The notes below the pieces were generated by a model. That model did not search any database. It was not told the origin of the DNA and saw only the letters and a list, made by a program, of their open reading frames with translations. A program made the position numbers and the translations under genes. From Phoronis australis (taxonomy: Eukaryota; Animalia; Phoronida), in the NCBI GenBank assembly GCA_002633005.1, contig NMRA01000059.1, forward strand, positions 547,883 to 611,882: a DNA stretch of 64,000 bases, read 5' to 3'. Positions 46,483-61,237 of the stretch are shown in pieces (within the stretch, counting starts at the first letter, position 1; each line of letters starts with the position of its first letter).

Positions 46483-48738
46483 TAGCTGATGTGGTTTGTC
46501 AAGAATGATTCCTTTGCAATTTAAAGTGAATTCATATTGTTATTGATTCAAGGCAATTGTTTTTACCAAGTGTGTTACATGGTTCAAGTTGTGTGAAGAC
46601 TGCAGATATTGCTTTGGATTGGGGGAGTCAAAATGGATCAAAGTAAAATACCAAATTCTGGCAACAGTAGTTCATTTGCTGATTTTTTTCATTTTCATTT
46701 TCTAAACATTGTTGTGAATGCTCAGAATTTTTCCAAATAATTTTTATTGTAGTTGTTGGGCAGAACTTGATCATTAATTTGATGCTAGTGGTCAAAATTT
46801 ATTAAAAATGAGAAAATGAGATTTCACTTGTCTGCCATATTTTGTTCTAAATTAGTGAAATTTTACTGTATATGGCATTAATTCAGAGTCAATTTGTTGT
46901 TTTTGCCAAATGTAGCTTATGGTATGTAATGTGGGATCTGTATTTCGTTTACAGTTATATAACCGACGTGGTCTTCTAATAATCCTGTGTTCACTGTCTC
47001 CCAGATATTGCGTTTTGTGAGACATATCCAGTGACATTCAAGCACGCCACCGTTAGGTTATTGTCAGTGTCCTTTGCTGCTGTCCCATGACAAGGTCTTG
47101 GATTATGCATGTACCCTAAGTTATCAGTTATGTTTTACAAAAAAATAATTGCCAAATTGCTATTTTTTCTGTATTCATAATCTGACTCCAGCTGTATAAG
47201 TTATAGAAACTGGCAGTGTTGATTTTATCGCAATGTTTCAGGAGAAGTTACTGAAATGACTGAAGTAGAATTTTTGTATACTTATTAGTTAATATTGTTG
47301 AGAAATTTGAAAAATATGAAAGTCTGTATTTCCGCCATATTGTGTGCTGAATAACTAAAGAATTATCACAATCTCTGACCCCTCATTAAAATGGACATAT
47401 CGTGAACATTTATAGTGTAAGTTTTTGAGCTACAGGAAAAAGTGTGGAAACAAAAACAAAGCAATAAACCTGGCTGGTCACAAGTGGTCATATCAAGAAT
47501 GAACTCAAGCCGTTTGTTATCCCTAAAATAACATCAGCATCAGTTGACTGCAGTATAACCATGATATGGACGATTTTGGCGTGATCGTTTATCACTAATT
47601 AAATGGTAATCGTGGAATTTGGGACGGCCAACACTACCTATTATTTGGTCCCAAACTGGAGATTTCTTTACCGAATCTCAAATAACATTGCAAGATTTTT
47701 TTGAAAAATCACATTGGACAGGAACACTTGTCTTTACTTTAATATCAGTTATATAAGATAGTCGTATGAGAAAATGGCGTGTCAATCACGTGGTGTTGAT
47801 GTTTTCAAATTGTGTCCATAGGACTGAAAATAACGTTTGTACCCCTTAGTAAACATTAGAAGTAGAATTCATTTTTAATTTTTTTTATTTTTTGTAATGC
47901 ACCGGACTAAGCTGCATTTTGGTATTCAAAAACAGATTTGTGTCACTCATTTTTTTAAAGATTTCCTTTTTGTACACCACACTGGTTATATATTGGCTTA
48001 TTTTCGATTTTTGAATCATTTTTGGTTTGACCTCAGGATATATTTTGGAATAGCTTTTTACTTCAGTGTTTGGAGTTTTGTTGTGCTAGATATTGTTAAT
48101 TGCAACTTTTGTTATAAAAATGTTCTGCAAGAAATTACTCATTGAGCTGCATAGCTGTGCCAGAACCCCATCACCTGCACTTACCATTGTAAAGCTGATT
48201 TTAACTTGTTTCCTGTCGGGGTAAGAGACAAATTTTGATCTGGGGACAAAGTGGCAAATTGTTAAAGGGATACCAAACCCGGTTTTTGTCTATGAACAAG
48301 TACTAAAAACGACTTTCCCATCCAGTTCTCTTAAACAAAGAACCCTCTGTATCCATCAACAACTGTCAAAAATGTGGAGGAAAATTTGAAAACTCCTAAG
48401 TCTGCTAAACCTGCAAGCTTGACCTACACTTTTAGGAATGACACCTCAACTGTAGGAAAAGACCACCCACCACATATCCAATTTACCAGATAGGGAGTAT
48501 GAGCTTTTAGTTGATTCATGCCTTTAACTTGGAATTTTGACCCCAATTATGCATTTGCAGGTGACAGAAGGAGGATTGGGTGAAATCATCAAAATAGGGT
48601 TTAGTGTCCCTTTAATTGGTTTTGTCAAGGTGTGTTATTTTATTTATTGGGCATGGCCTCAGGTGATAAGGAACTCAGTTGTCGGTCCATTTTAATGAAG
48701 TTCAGAAATCATTTCTTGATGAACAATAAGTAAGAGGC

Positions 48739-48991
48739 CTGGAGCCTGTTCCAACAGAACTGACTTAGCTAAGACAAATCTTTTTTTGTAAATTTTAAGA
48801 TAAAACTTAAGTTTGTCTGGAGACCGTTTGAAGAAAGAGATCTTAAGTTTGAATTAAGTTTTTGATAAAAGTTTTGTCTTAATTTTAACTATCATACCGG
48901 ATGTGGAAGTTTCAAAGTATTCAAAGTTAAGACAAACCTTAGACTTAAGTCAAAAATGAACTTAAGTCCGCTTCTTGGAATGGGCCCCAGG
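48739..48991. mobile_element. Harbinger-like MITE
   Basis: Imperfect TIRs ctggagcctgttccaacagaactgacttag / cttaagtccgcttcttggaatgggccccag with internal cttaag repeats. Confidence 0.55.
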
Positions 48992-51536
48992 TTTATTTAG
49001 CCATTTGTGGGCTAAACCAAGTCTGTTTTTTGAGGGAGGGCAGGTATGTTGCTGCTTTGAAAAAATCGTGGACGATGTTTTTTTAATGTTTTTTTTATTC
49101 TGGAATAAAACATGATGGGTAAATTGACAAACAAAGAAAAATTTGCAATAAATGTTTGCTCTTAGAATCAAACTATATAGTAAATTGTTTGGTTTACGAA
49201 AACAAATTAACCTCTTGAATTAACAAGATCACATTTCACATGACACTTACTTGTCGTTTTACCTGAATATTTCAAACTTTTTAATGGTGGAAAACATTAG
49301 TCTGATATCAGTAGAAAATAGAAATAACTGACTTGCCATTGCGCGTACGCGTGGTGTTTGGTACTCGCAATTCAATTGCCAAAATATTCTGTGAAAACGC
49401 AGAGACGAAGAGGACTTGTTTTGTATAGATGCCAATATATATGTATTGTGCAATACATGGTTCCACTATTTGTGTGCTATTTGTATTGATGTTGTCAGCA
49501 CTTGCAAAAGAGTAATCCTACTTATTAATTATCGATCAAAGAGTTATGTGTTTTTAATGCGGTGCGTAGGCGTTCCAAATGACACATGTTAAAACCATGG
49601 ACCAATGCTTTCCTGCTTCAACGGAAATATTCACGTGGGGTTAACTGGATTTTTTCTACTCTGAAGTTTGCGATCTTGGATTGGTTGAGGACTGCGTTAT
49701 TATTTTTCTCTTGTTATTAATGTAGATGTTAAAAATGGATGTCCTCAATACGCTTGTAATTGTTTTCTTGTGATAATGCATGAAAAAAATATGAAATACA
49801 TTCCATTACAATCTGACTCTTTATTACTTTTATCATCAATCTATCGTCCCCAAACAGCGTTACCTTGGCAAATCGTGGATTATAGCATATAAGACGCCTT
49901 ACTTCACCGTACTTTGCGCGTCCGCACGTATTGTGTGGAATTTTCGCAGGGGTCACAAATGATCCGGGGGTGTCGAAAAGGTCCAGTGAAATACACCATT
50001 CTTCGGAAGGTGTGGGGTTGGAACAATAGCATCAGCTCGTTGACATTGTTTCACCTTTGCTCATTCCCCCCAGACGTCTACAGTTTTGCCTTCTTCTTCG
50101 TCTCCGCCCAAATCTTCATCACAGTTTGCAAATCCGGTTCGACAACTGGTCGCTTAAAAATAGGCGAGCGTTTCCTAGGCCTATGCGATAATAAATTTAG
50201 AATGTGTGAGCATGGAGTCAACGATCAGAAGTTACTCCGAGGAAATTTGTTTCCTTGCAGATGTGTTCTTTTTTCTGATTACTTAAACATTATTTCATTC
50301 CTCAAAAAAACAATTTCATTGAACGAGTGGTGGTTTCGTTCCCTAACTTAAGTGATTTTTACAAGTGAAATATTTTCAACTTCACTTCATCCTACGGAGG
50401 CAGCTCGTGACTGAGCTAGTTCACTTCAACTCTGTAATGTTACGCATTTGCATTCATCGGTCCTATGACCATATCTTGTAAAGGAAAAATTCAACCAAAA
50501 AGTTGCGTTCCTAGCAAAACAGCGGTAGCGAGTGGTTCAAATAAATATATCAGGTAAATCTTCATGTAGACAAGGTAACTTTCGTTTGGAGTCTTGAAAA
50601 ATGCTAGGCTGGAAAATTGTGATGTTAACTTTAGTTAAAGATCATACAGGCTAAAATTTAGATATTTTCACAAAAAATGTTCAAAAGACATCAACTTTCA
50701 AACTTTTCTATAACCTCGTTACACTACATCCTGTGGTGTTTTCTCTTGACTAGTCAGGATAATCCACGCTGTTTTGCTGTATTGTGTCATCTGTCATGTT
50801 TTGTAATTTTGTTAGCTAGACGAAAATAAACATTTGAAACATGAAAAAAACAACCAGTATCAATATCAAAAAGACGAAGTAAATTGAAAAAAAAAAATCT
50901 CAAAAACGAGGTCACAATTTTTATCTTAAGTTTCCGTTTGTAATTTATGCAACATTGAAATTTTCATTAAATCACAAAAGTCAGCCTGAACAATGAGTTA
51001 TCTCCTGATATAGCTCATTGGTCTGAATAATGCATTCGTAAGAAACAATATACGCTGTTCGGAAACTCAGTTATCATGGATCACTAATTCTGTCAACCAG
51101 AAGGCAATCGGTTTCAGTTTACGTGTGTAATTAAATTTAATGGTAAATAATGACAGTGATTAACCGTGCAAAACATCGTAGCCATGATTGACACTACTCT
51201 CCGTTAACAAGTCCCACTCCATGGTGAAAAGAAATGATCTTTCTAATCGTGATGAACACAAATTTGTTGAGGGTTACATCTCTACAAGGTACACTCAAAA
51301 TGCACCTGTCTTAAGAAAATAATCCGTTAATTTACAGTTTTACCATTTATTTTCTTTAAAGCCTGGCCCGGTTCATATCGACAACCCCGGGTTGCGTGGC
51401 TCACAATCAGCGCGGATGCAAGAGTTAGCTCTTTAGGGTAAATAAATATTAGTTACAACCTCAAATACGAGTTGCTAACAAAACCGCGTGCTGTCTGCAT
51501 GTATTTAATTTCGAACAGATTGCTATTCACTTTCGT

Positions 51537-54500
51537 ATGATGTTTTCTATGGCTAATACAGCAATTTTGATTTCGTTGTTCACTGAACTTGTTTTGGGTG
51601 GAACAGAATTTTGCACCTACACTTTCAAAGTCCCTTCAAAACACGTCTCTACGAAATGCGAATTGGGCGACGGAATACAAAGGAAACTGGACGAATTGCA
51701 GGTAGGATTGTCTTGAGTTAAAAACTTCGCTTACTGTAAAAATAGATGCTACGACGTGTGAATCACAGTTCTGCTACTTGAGTGAAATCTATGTATGGAT
51801 TTTCAAGAAAATTTATTTTAATTCCTAAAATCATTGATGGTAAAAAGAGACTTGACAACCCGCAGCGTTACGCATTTGTCGCGGGGTAAAAACAATCTTA
51901 TTAAAAAAATATCACGCTTACTTCAACACTCTTGCAAATTGAAAATATTTCTTGTGTATTTGTACAAACCTTGCTATTCAGCCTTCATTTCTCTTTCAGA
52001 TGTGTCCGTTGCTTCGTATCAGCTTTTGAAATTCATGAAAAATTAGTTATTGAAAGGATAACCTGTTTAATTGCTTGAACAATTCATACATCTGCAAACA
52101 TTGAATGCTCTGCGGTGCAGGAACTATTGCCTGTGTAACAGGTCAAACAACCCTACTGAAGAACAGAATGTCCCCAGACCCATGTTTCTGACAAGGACAT
52201 GTGGACTTGAGAATGCATTCCTTTAGTTTTTGGCCACTAAGTGAGTCCACTCAGTAACGCTGTACAACGTTTATTTAGGCACTCAGGTTTTAAACAAATC
52301 ACACGCGCTTTTGGTTTAACATGCACTGCCTGCAATTAATTGGGAGTAGGTCAAACAGTACTATATCAATAAGCGGTCAACTCAGGTGGACTGCGTTATT
52401 AAAATGACAAGTGTGTTTTCGCGAATTTCCATATCGATACTATTAATTTAGAATCGTTTAGGAAATATTCAACTAAAAGCACAACACATGCTTACATTGG
52501 AGGGGCACCATAGGGGGCTGGGGGCTATAGCTGCCCCCTTATTTAAGTGCTGCGCCGCCCATGTGTTATTGAGAGCATGAAAAATCCTTCTGGTATCTTC
52601 GTTTTATTGGTTGTGAGACTGAACTGTTCCTCAACAATGAGTATTATATTGTGCACTGTGGCATTTTATCCAGGAATCATATCACACAGACGCCGGACTG
52701 TTGACCCGTCATTTCCACAATAAGTTGTACAACATATAGCGTGCTATACAACTTGTATTACAATGTTTGTTTTGGTTCATTGATCAGTTAATAACCAACT
52801 GACTGGTCACCCAAGGACAATAGTGTGTTTGCATAAATACTTAAAAGCTCTGGAAACTCTGTATTGCCCCAGAGGCATACATTTAATACGACTTAATTTC
52901 TTAAATTTCCAAATCAATTTTCTGTAACCTATGTCAATCTTCAAGTGTTTGGGACGAGTTTGAATATTCCGTATCGAATGCTATTATTCCAAGCGTTACT
53001 AACGCAGAGAAGTCATGGGCTTCTAGTATGGGCATTAACGACTACTCACAATCTACCACTGGATCCAAATTGCTGCACAATTGATCGTGGATTTGAATAA
53101 AAAAAATTTTTTCTCAATAGAGGTATGTTACAAATCGTTCACTAGCGAGTAACAGATACGTTCTTTGAAAGTTTATGAGTATCGACACTTCGTGCAAACA
53201 CCTAAACGGTGCAAATTTTAGAGACGGTCAAGGAAATATGCAGCACCGATGCAGCTTATTTCCGCTGTAAGTAGGGATACTCAGATTTTCAGAATCAACA
53301 AAACAAGCTAAACATAAATACCGTAAATTAAGCTGTTCTGTTTCATTTGTTACATCTATTTGAAAAACTATTGTTTCCCTTCTTGTCTTTTCTGACGTCA
53401 CAGGAGACTGCCAATGAGGTAAAGCGCGTGAACAAACAGATGGTGGCGGAAATAACAAAAGTTAAAGAGACCAATCAAAACATTATCAGCCTGCTCTCAG
53501 AACTGCTCGAGAACTACTCTACGAAGCTTACAATTCTGCGGCCATCTATTCAGGAAGTGGTGTCCGAAGTTCCCAATCAAGGTTACGGTGAGAAGTTCAT
53601 CACGACAATTTCTGAAAACAATTCAAGAGCGTCAATGTTTTACCAGTTGCTTTTAGAACGTTAATTCAAAAGGCAAGGAAAGAATTCCAAACAAGGATTG
53701 TGTATAAATGCTCAAAACCCCTCTGGACTCAGTGTCTGACGGACATGCTTGTGTTTTAAGAGCACGTCCGTATGTTGCCGTTCACTTATATACAAGTTGG
53801 ACACTGCATCCCCCAGACTCTCTCTCCTGCAACACTTACGTGTCGGTCCTTGTAAATATCTTGCATTAAAGAATAAACTCGGGAAATTTAGCATTTCACA
53901 TCTGGGGAAAACAATGAGCGCCCAGGAACTATAACCATTGAACCCCAGCTTATGAAAGAGACGTACTAGCTATGTTGACTATTCACAGCCGTACTACTTC
54001 TAAAAGTCAGTCTTTGAAAAACGTCCATCTCTTGTAAATTTTCAGGATCAAATTAGAATCTTCATTTCAAGCAGAAGCCAATTACCACAGCTATTCTTTT
54101 CGGTTCCTAGTTTTTAGAGAACGCTAATACAAATACATCACGGATAGATACAGATAGATATATTAGATATATCTTTAGATTAGCCTGTTCAATATCCTTA
54201 AACGCGATAACTCACCGACAACGCGTTCAATTGAATAGACTACCTAGTACATGCAAATTTGCGCCAACTGACGTCATAAACAGACAACTCCGATTAGTCG
54301 ATGTCTCTGTGGCGGCTGCGGCAGCTGAAGTCATGCAACTCGGCTATTGTCCATTTTTAGACGCCTAAAAATTGGCACCATTAACGAAAACCACTCTTAC
54401 ATGGGGTTATCTTCAGCTTATGTCAGAAACTTTTCCAATATTAACGTACTGAGGTAACTATAAGAGTGGGAAGTTTGCGGCATGCATTTTTGGTCCCATG

Positions 54501-57354
54501 ACAAAATGTATCAACCTCAACGTTTCCAAAGCTTTGAAATTTCGGGTCCTTTACGTGATAATGTCTTTCCGCTGTAAATGTAAAATACACCCCTCCCTAT
54601 TTTCAAGGTACATAAGTACATGATCACCATTTTTGGGGTTTCGTGAAATGCCAGTAGCCTAATGCATCACTTTATTTCCTACAGCGCTAGAGTATAACAT
54701 GCAGTTTCAAGTATCGTGCTGTCATTTTCAGATTGTGATGATGTATTTCGAAAAGGGATGGTGCGACCAGGAGTTCACAACATTCGCCCAAAGGGGTCGT
54801 TAGTTTCCTTCAAAGCTCATTGTGTGTTGGGTTGGACGTTAATTCAGCGCAGATTTAACGGCAACGAATCTTTTAGAAGGTACGAACTAACCCAATCAGT
54901 TCAATCAACTTTTTTTCTATAATTGTCTTGAAATTAAAAGCAAATTTGCGAAAATGGATCGTCAACGTTTCAATTTCATCCCAAAACCATCAGCCAGAAC
55001 AGTAATTTTAGAGAGAACATAACTTTTAAGTTGAGAATATTAATTATTTAGCTAAAATCAAAAACTCAGAGCAACTCTTACGTAGGACTTCATGGTGTAC
55101 GTGTTTCTAGGGACATCACTCAATCTATGACCACTACAGAAGACAGGCGGGCACAACTGGGGTCACGGAACCATTAGTTAATTGGGAAAGTTATGCCTAT
55201 CACTAAGTGCGCACGAGAGTTTAAATCAATCCTCCACATTTGGGCCAACGCTGTTGCTTACATGTACTTCTGACTACGTTGATGCCCGTGACACACTCCT
55301 ATTTTTCGTATGACACTTTCATCGACATCGTATACGACAACCGGGGTGCATGGACAGCTACTTGTTCAAAAATTTTACGACTTCTGTTCTTGAGTATATC
55401 AAAATCCGGCATGCTCTATTTCAATAGTAAGAAGACATTTTAGCTCAAAAACTCGATTCTGCGAATACGACAGAGGATTACAAAGCTGTATACTACTAAT
55501 CAACATTCACCGGCACCGCTTTCAGGAACTGGGACGAATATTTAGCAGGATTCGGAAGCGTATCCAACGACCACTGGCTGGGCAATGAACGAGTCTACTC
55601 TCTGACCAATCAGAACTCTGTTGTCGACTGGACGCTGCACGTGAGCGTGCAAGGATACAGTGGGAAATGGTAAACAAGCGCAGTAAATTCTGTTTTACGG
55701 TGGCGAAGCACATTTTATTCCGCTATAATCTCTATGCATTGACCAAGAGCGTCAATGGTCACAAAAACTATCTTGATATTCAAAATGACTTGGACGGTGA
55801 TTACTATAATATATGGGTATATTGATTGATCGTAATGAGATTTGTGGCTATTGTTTAACAATTAAAGGGAGGCAGGGCTCATGTAAGACAATGTTGAGAC
55901 GTCAAAATTACAGCTGGGCATTTCATTGGCGAGTCTTGTCTTGTTTTAATTGGTTTTCTTTTTGTCAGAAGGAAGAGTATAAGTCGTGAAATAAGGGGAG
56001 CTAACACTCCTATTTTCCACGTTTACTATTGTAGGGTGTGGGTGGACCACGAACAGTATTACAAGCGTTTCTAGTTGTTAAAAAACCACTAACCATTCTT
56101 TTTGACTTTCAATAATTATAATTACATAAGGTCCCGGTATTCAATTGTAACCGCATGTGTACGAATCTCCGAAGCCTAGTCAACAGCGAATTGATTTACC
56201 TCTTGATACGCCTTAGTAACTAGAGATTTCTCGTTTGCACCGTACACCGGCGGCATATATTGTCATAATCGGTGTATTTTGTAGGACGGATGACAATATG
56301 TGTTGAGTACCGTAATATATGTCCTAAATCACAGTGCAGACTTCTTTATGAGCTTTTCGATTTAATGGTTGCTGTCTCTTTGTGCTCATAGGATCAGTAT
56401 GGAATTACAGAAAATTACTTCTTCCAAAAGCTTGGAAATAACTGAACGTCTTTCCCACGTAAACCGGACCAGAAAACAAGACACACTTAATCACCTCTAG
56501 AGTCATGAGACAGTACGAATTTCACAAACTTTCAGTTCATTAAATCGTTCCTTTACTTGACGACGTAAACTCGCCTTTTTAAGGTATTTTGCCGAGTATA
56601 GCGGTTTTAGACTGGAGAATGAAGCCAACCGTTATCGTCTGCACCTTGGCCCTTTGGTGAAAACTAACTACAAAGACGGACTGAAAGCCAGCAGAAATCA
56701 GCAGTTCTCGACTTATGACTTTGATCACGACAAATGGAGACAAGGCAGCTGTGCTAGGCAAGTACTGCAATTGATATTTTATGGAAAATCACCGTTTTCG
56801 CTTTAGTCACTGGAAAATTCTTATGATGTGAAGAAGGGCAGGCGATTTCCACAAAACCTTTGATTTCCATAATTTATAGAAATGTTAAGGTTAATAGTTT
56901 TTAGCTACTCATCTTCATTGTCTTTTTCTTTTTCTACCGTTGTCCTGACCATCGTTATTGCTAGTTTCATTCTCTCCCCTTTCTCTCCTGTTATTTATCC
57001 TTTACCACCGGCACCACTACCACCACCAACGTCACCATGACCACCACCACCACCATCATCTTCTTCCACTAGGTCTTTGGCTCACTATTATTATTGTTTT
57101 AACTATTTATAGTTTTGCTGCACTATTTCTAGTATCCCCATAGCAACAGGATTTTCCATGCAATTACAATTTTAATTTTGTCATTGTAAATCATATTATT
57201 TCTCAATTCCAGGCATTACTCGACCGGTTGGTGGATAAAGCTTTGTGGCGGAGATTTAAACCAACCCTTCACCCGTATGAGATGGGCGGATCGCCGTGTG
57301 AAAAAATCTATATTAAAACTTCGACCAACGCGTACAAAGGTCACAAATGTCTAG
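51537..57354 (+). CDS. Secreted angiopoietin-like fibrinogen-related protein (signal peptide, coiled coil, FReD), 6 exons, ~318 aa
   Basis: Exons 51537-51701 (signal peptide, CTYTFKVP), 53404-53587 (coiled coil), 54732-54879 (DCDDVF...GWTLIQRRFNG), 55526-55669 (NWDEYLAGFG...HWLGNE), 56584-56757 (AEYSGFRLENEANRYRL...FSTYDFDHD...CA), 57213-57354 (HYSTGWW...C...LN...KLRP, stop). 957 nt, phases consistent given a GC donor at 56758. Confidence 0.9.
57004..57062. repeat. Imperfect (CAC)n microsatellite
   Basis: caccactaccaccaccaacgtcaccatgaccaccaccaccaccatcatc. Confidence 0.7.
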
Positions 57355-58153
57355 CTGGTCGGATCTTTTCAATCTCAGTTAGTTTGAATCGGAAGGGCCG
57401 AATCATTTTCGAGCTCAAGGAATACCATGCCGGTTTGACCAAAAGCTTCATAGAACATCAGGGCTCAATGGTCTTCTACTCAGTATTGTTAGTGTAGCAC
57501 AAGCCAAACATTCTATGCACAAAATTCAGTTGGTTGCATTCACTCACCTAATGAATTTTTCAAAACTTCTTAGTTTTAGTCACGCTTTTGTCATTATATG
57601 CAAATAATAACATGTATAAATTGATAGCTAACAACATATTACTAATGGCGATCAAGCTACTACATAAATGAATGAACTATAAAAATTATGATGAAACTGG
57701 TTCATTGATTTAAAAATACAACATGCAACTGACTCCGATGAAATTCCAGTCAATACAGTGTAAGAATGTGTAAAAACTGCAATCAATCGCCATCATGACC
57801 CCCAGACACTGTATGAATGAAAAGTTAATGTCATGATGACAATGTTGAGACACTTGCCATGCAGCACACCGACTCGCGAAGAACGAAGAAAGCCGATTGT
57901 CGTAGATAAAAGCACGTACAGATTTCACCACAGTTTGGTTCAGCATTGCCAGCCCAAATTGAAACATGCAAAATTAGGGATATTGTTATCAATTTAGGTC
58001 GTCAATGCTGAACCAAATTGTCACATTTCAGAAGTGGGAGGCCCGTTGTCACTTCATTTTGAACCTGCAGAGAGCGCTCTACCAACCACAACTAGCGACA
58101 CCGAAGATGTCGGATATCATTCACAAATCGCAAACGGTGATAAAGGTACATCT

Positions 58154-58757
58154 ATGGTGGGCCGTTGAAGGGAAAGTGTCGCCGTAAAATTACGCTCGTA
58201 ATTACGAGCGTAAATTAAATTGCAGGAGTGACGCCGTACAATTACGCTAGTAAATTAAATGGGGAAAAGTTTCGCTGTAAAATTATGCTCGTAATTACGA
58301 GCGTAAATTAAGTTGCAAAAGTGCTGCAGTAAAATTACGCTCGTAAATTAAATGGGGGAAATGTCGCCGTAAATTACGCTCGTAAAATACCTTAAGAACG
58401 TTCCAAATTTAAACCAATCAGTGTTAACCTAACATACACGACTGTTGCTAGGCAGCTCGTTCTTGCACAATCGCTGACATTGCAGCAGCGATTTGATCCG
58501 CCATGATTCAGCGCTCGTATCGTAGACATGTAACCCGTCAGTAAATAAGTATTTCCATGAGCACGTGCGACCGTGGATTGTAACACCCAACGTCATTGGC
58601 TAAGAGTTTAAACTAAATTACGAGCGTAATTTTACGCCGTAAAGAATTAAATTACACTCGTAATTTTACGGCGTAATTAACGGCGTAAATAACGGCGTAA
58701 TGTAAATAATTACGCTCGTATTTTTCCGGCGACACTTTCCCCCCAACGGCCCATCAT
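58154..58757. mobile_element. Foldback/MITE-like element with TIRs and subterminal TTACGCTCGTAA arrays
   Basis: atggtgggccgttgaagggaaagtgtcgccg ... cggcgacactttcccccaacggcccatcat; many ttacgctcgtaa/ttacgagcgtaa units. Confidence 0.75.
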
Positions 58758-60241
58758 GCACATCAATGTAGCAACGTGCCACATTTTTGGTGTGTTGTGG
58801 CGTACTATGCTCACGGAATTTCAGTTTTATATCAAAGATTTATTGAGTGCTTTCAAACCCCTTTTGGGGACAGATACAACAACACGGGTATCTAATTTTA
58901 TTTTATGGTGGCCGGGCATGTTCGCAATTTCTGGGTAACTCATCTATTACCATTGCTGATGATACGTTGCAGATTGGTTTAGGATAAAACGAAACATTAA
59001 AGTAACAAATGGTGCTCCAAAACTGCATGAGGTGCTAGTTAGCACCCAAAGGCAGATCCAGGAATTCGACCTAGATGTACAGTTGTGATCGTTTCCAGTG
59101 AGGTTGATTATTTTCTAACCGGGTAAAATAGTTTTGGCGTCGATTAAAATTAATTGAATATCGTACAAAAATAATATCCGACCAGGCTAATAATTTCCAA
59201 CCGTCTGGAAATTGTCTCAGTGGAATTGTTCGAACTCAGGGGAAACGTTTTGCACCTGTGAAACATTTCCACACTGCGACAATATGTTTTACTCTCGGGT
59301 AGTAAAAGGATAGAAAATCAAATGTATATATATATATATATTAACAAAAGTTTTATGAATTTCATGTTTTGCATGGGTCACATGTACTGTAACACGTCTG
59401 ACAATTCAAATAAATTATTAGTAAATATGTTTGCATTAGTAAAATGCATAAATCCATGTTGAACTCTTGTTTGCAAATTAGTACTTAATTTGCATAATCA
59501 TAATTTAATGAGATTATGAATCTTTAAATCAGAAACTCAGTCTTACCGTCCACATAAAGACATCAGAAAGATAATTAGATCTCAGCTGAGCAAATGTGGA
59601 AAATCTGAAAATAAACACATCTCCTCTAGTTACTGAGATAATTTCTCTAAATTATTTCTAAACAGTAATGCGCTCATTATTATTTGACATTTTTCAGCAC
59701 TTGTGAAGTGGGAGGGTACGATCACATGATGCACTGACGTCACATTTATCACACTGTCAAGAAATCTGATCGAGCGGATCGAAATGCCACCTTCAACGCG
59801 GGGAAAAATTGATCATTTTTTTGTATATGATACATCAAAACGAATCAGGTTCTTCGACCCGGGAACAATTCAATCCCAAATAATAAGAAAAATGGTAGAA
59901 AACAAGGATTGCGCGCGCAGATTTAAGGTTAAAGTTCAAATGATAATGTTTCTTAAGTCAACCGAACAGTTGAAATGCAAACTTTTTCTACGGAACAATA
60001 CAATTGGGTCATGTTGCATTGTAGCAGGCATGCCTTTGAATAAACAGTACCACCGCAAAATCTTTGTCACGAGGTTCAAGTCCCAGAGATCCCCACATTC
60101 CAGCAAAGTTTTGCTTTCAACTTCTAAAACCTTTTTCATTACAAACGAGTCAATGCTATGCCACAGGACGTCATTATCAATGATATACATAGTTACGGCT
60201 TTCAATATTATCAAACCGAGTTCCTAAACGGACATTTGGTG

Positions 60242-60345
60242 AAGTGATATGCAGGACGCCTTGTTTCATTGTACTGCTGAAGCGTGACGTATTGTGATAT
60301 GCATGACGCCTTGTATCATTGTACTGCTGAAGCGTGACGTATTGT
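60242..60345. repeat. 51-bp tandem duplication
   Basis: gtgatatgca.gacgccttgt.tcattgtactgctgaagcgtgacgtatt twice. Confidence 0.8.
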
Positions 60346-61237
60346 CTAAGTTAAAAGTGTTCACATTCTTCTTCAGTTATCTCCCTCAGTTTCAAGAGGA
60401 CGATGCCATAAAACTGTCAAAAGTGGATCTCTCAATTGAACTACAAGCTGAGACGTAAAACGAATTCATAGTTTTGTTTATTCATTGATGTATGCAGCGA
60501 AAAGTTTTATTGTGCTTTGAAGCCGCAGTGTATAATTTTTATTTTTTAGTATTTATCAGTTGAGTAAATCTCATGTCGTTTCTTTCAATAACTTCTTCAT
60601 TGTAATGCTGAGTGGAGTTTCCGGTTTTACCACGTGTTTTCGTCCTAACAAAAGCTGCTTGGATTACTTTTCTTGTATTTTGACATACCTGGTTGGTCAA
60701 TTCAGTGTTAGTCTTTAACCAAAACGTTTTATTACAGAGCTGAAATTGGTTCGAGTTTCATGTGCGTGCCGTGTGTGCGCCCATGCGTCTCTAGCGAAAT
60801 TATGATTTTTCAAAATACTTTGCTCATCTGTTTCGCAATGCACTGGTTCACTTAAAGGCGCCTTTATATCTGCGTGTCATTTAACTTCGTTGTTTTCTGC
60901 GTCATCTGTCCATACATTTCATTAATTCAATTAACATTTACAAGAAACTCTGCCATGTGCCAGGATATTGGAAATGTTTTCCTGGCATCAACATTGAGGT
61001 TTATCTTAACCGCTTCCATACCGGGAGACTTTAAACTGTCCCTGTCTTCATACGGCTGAATTGCCACAATTTCTATTACTTTGGGCATAGTTTAATTAAC
61101 CAAATAAACCTTTTAACTGTTTTGACTTCCAAGATTCTTTTTCGTGGCGCGGTTGACACTACATGCGTGTTTAGATAAACCGAAGGTGAGTTCAATTTCA
61201 TTTCCACTGCCTCCTTCACAAAGGTAAAGTAGTGAAA

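Noticed and set aside
59784-60227. 147-aa ORF (and the 145-aa ORF at 49914-50351)
   Set aside because: No recognisable domain or splice-supported context; likely chance ORFs in repeat-derived DNA
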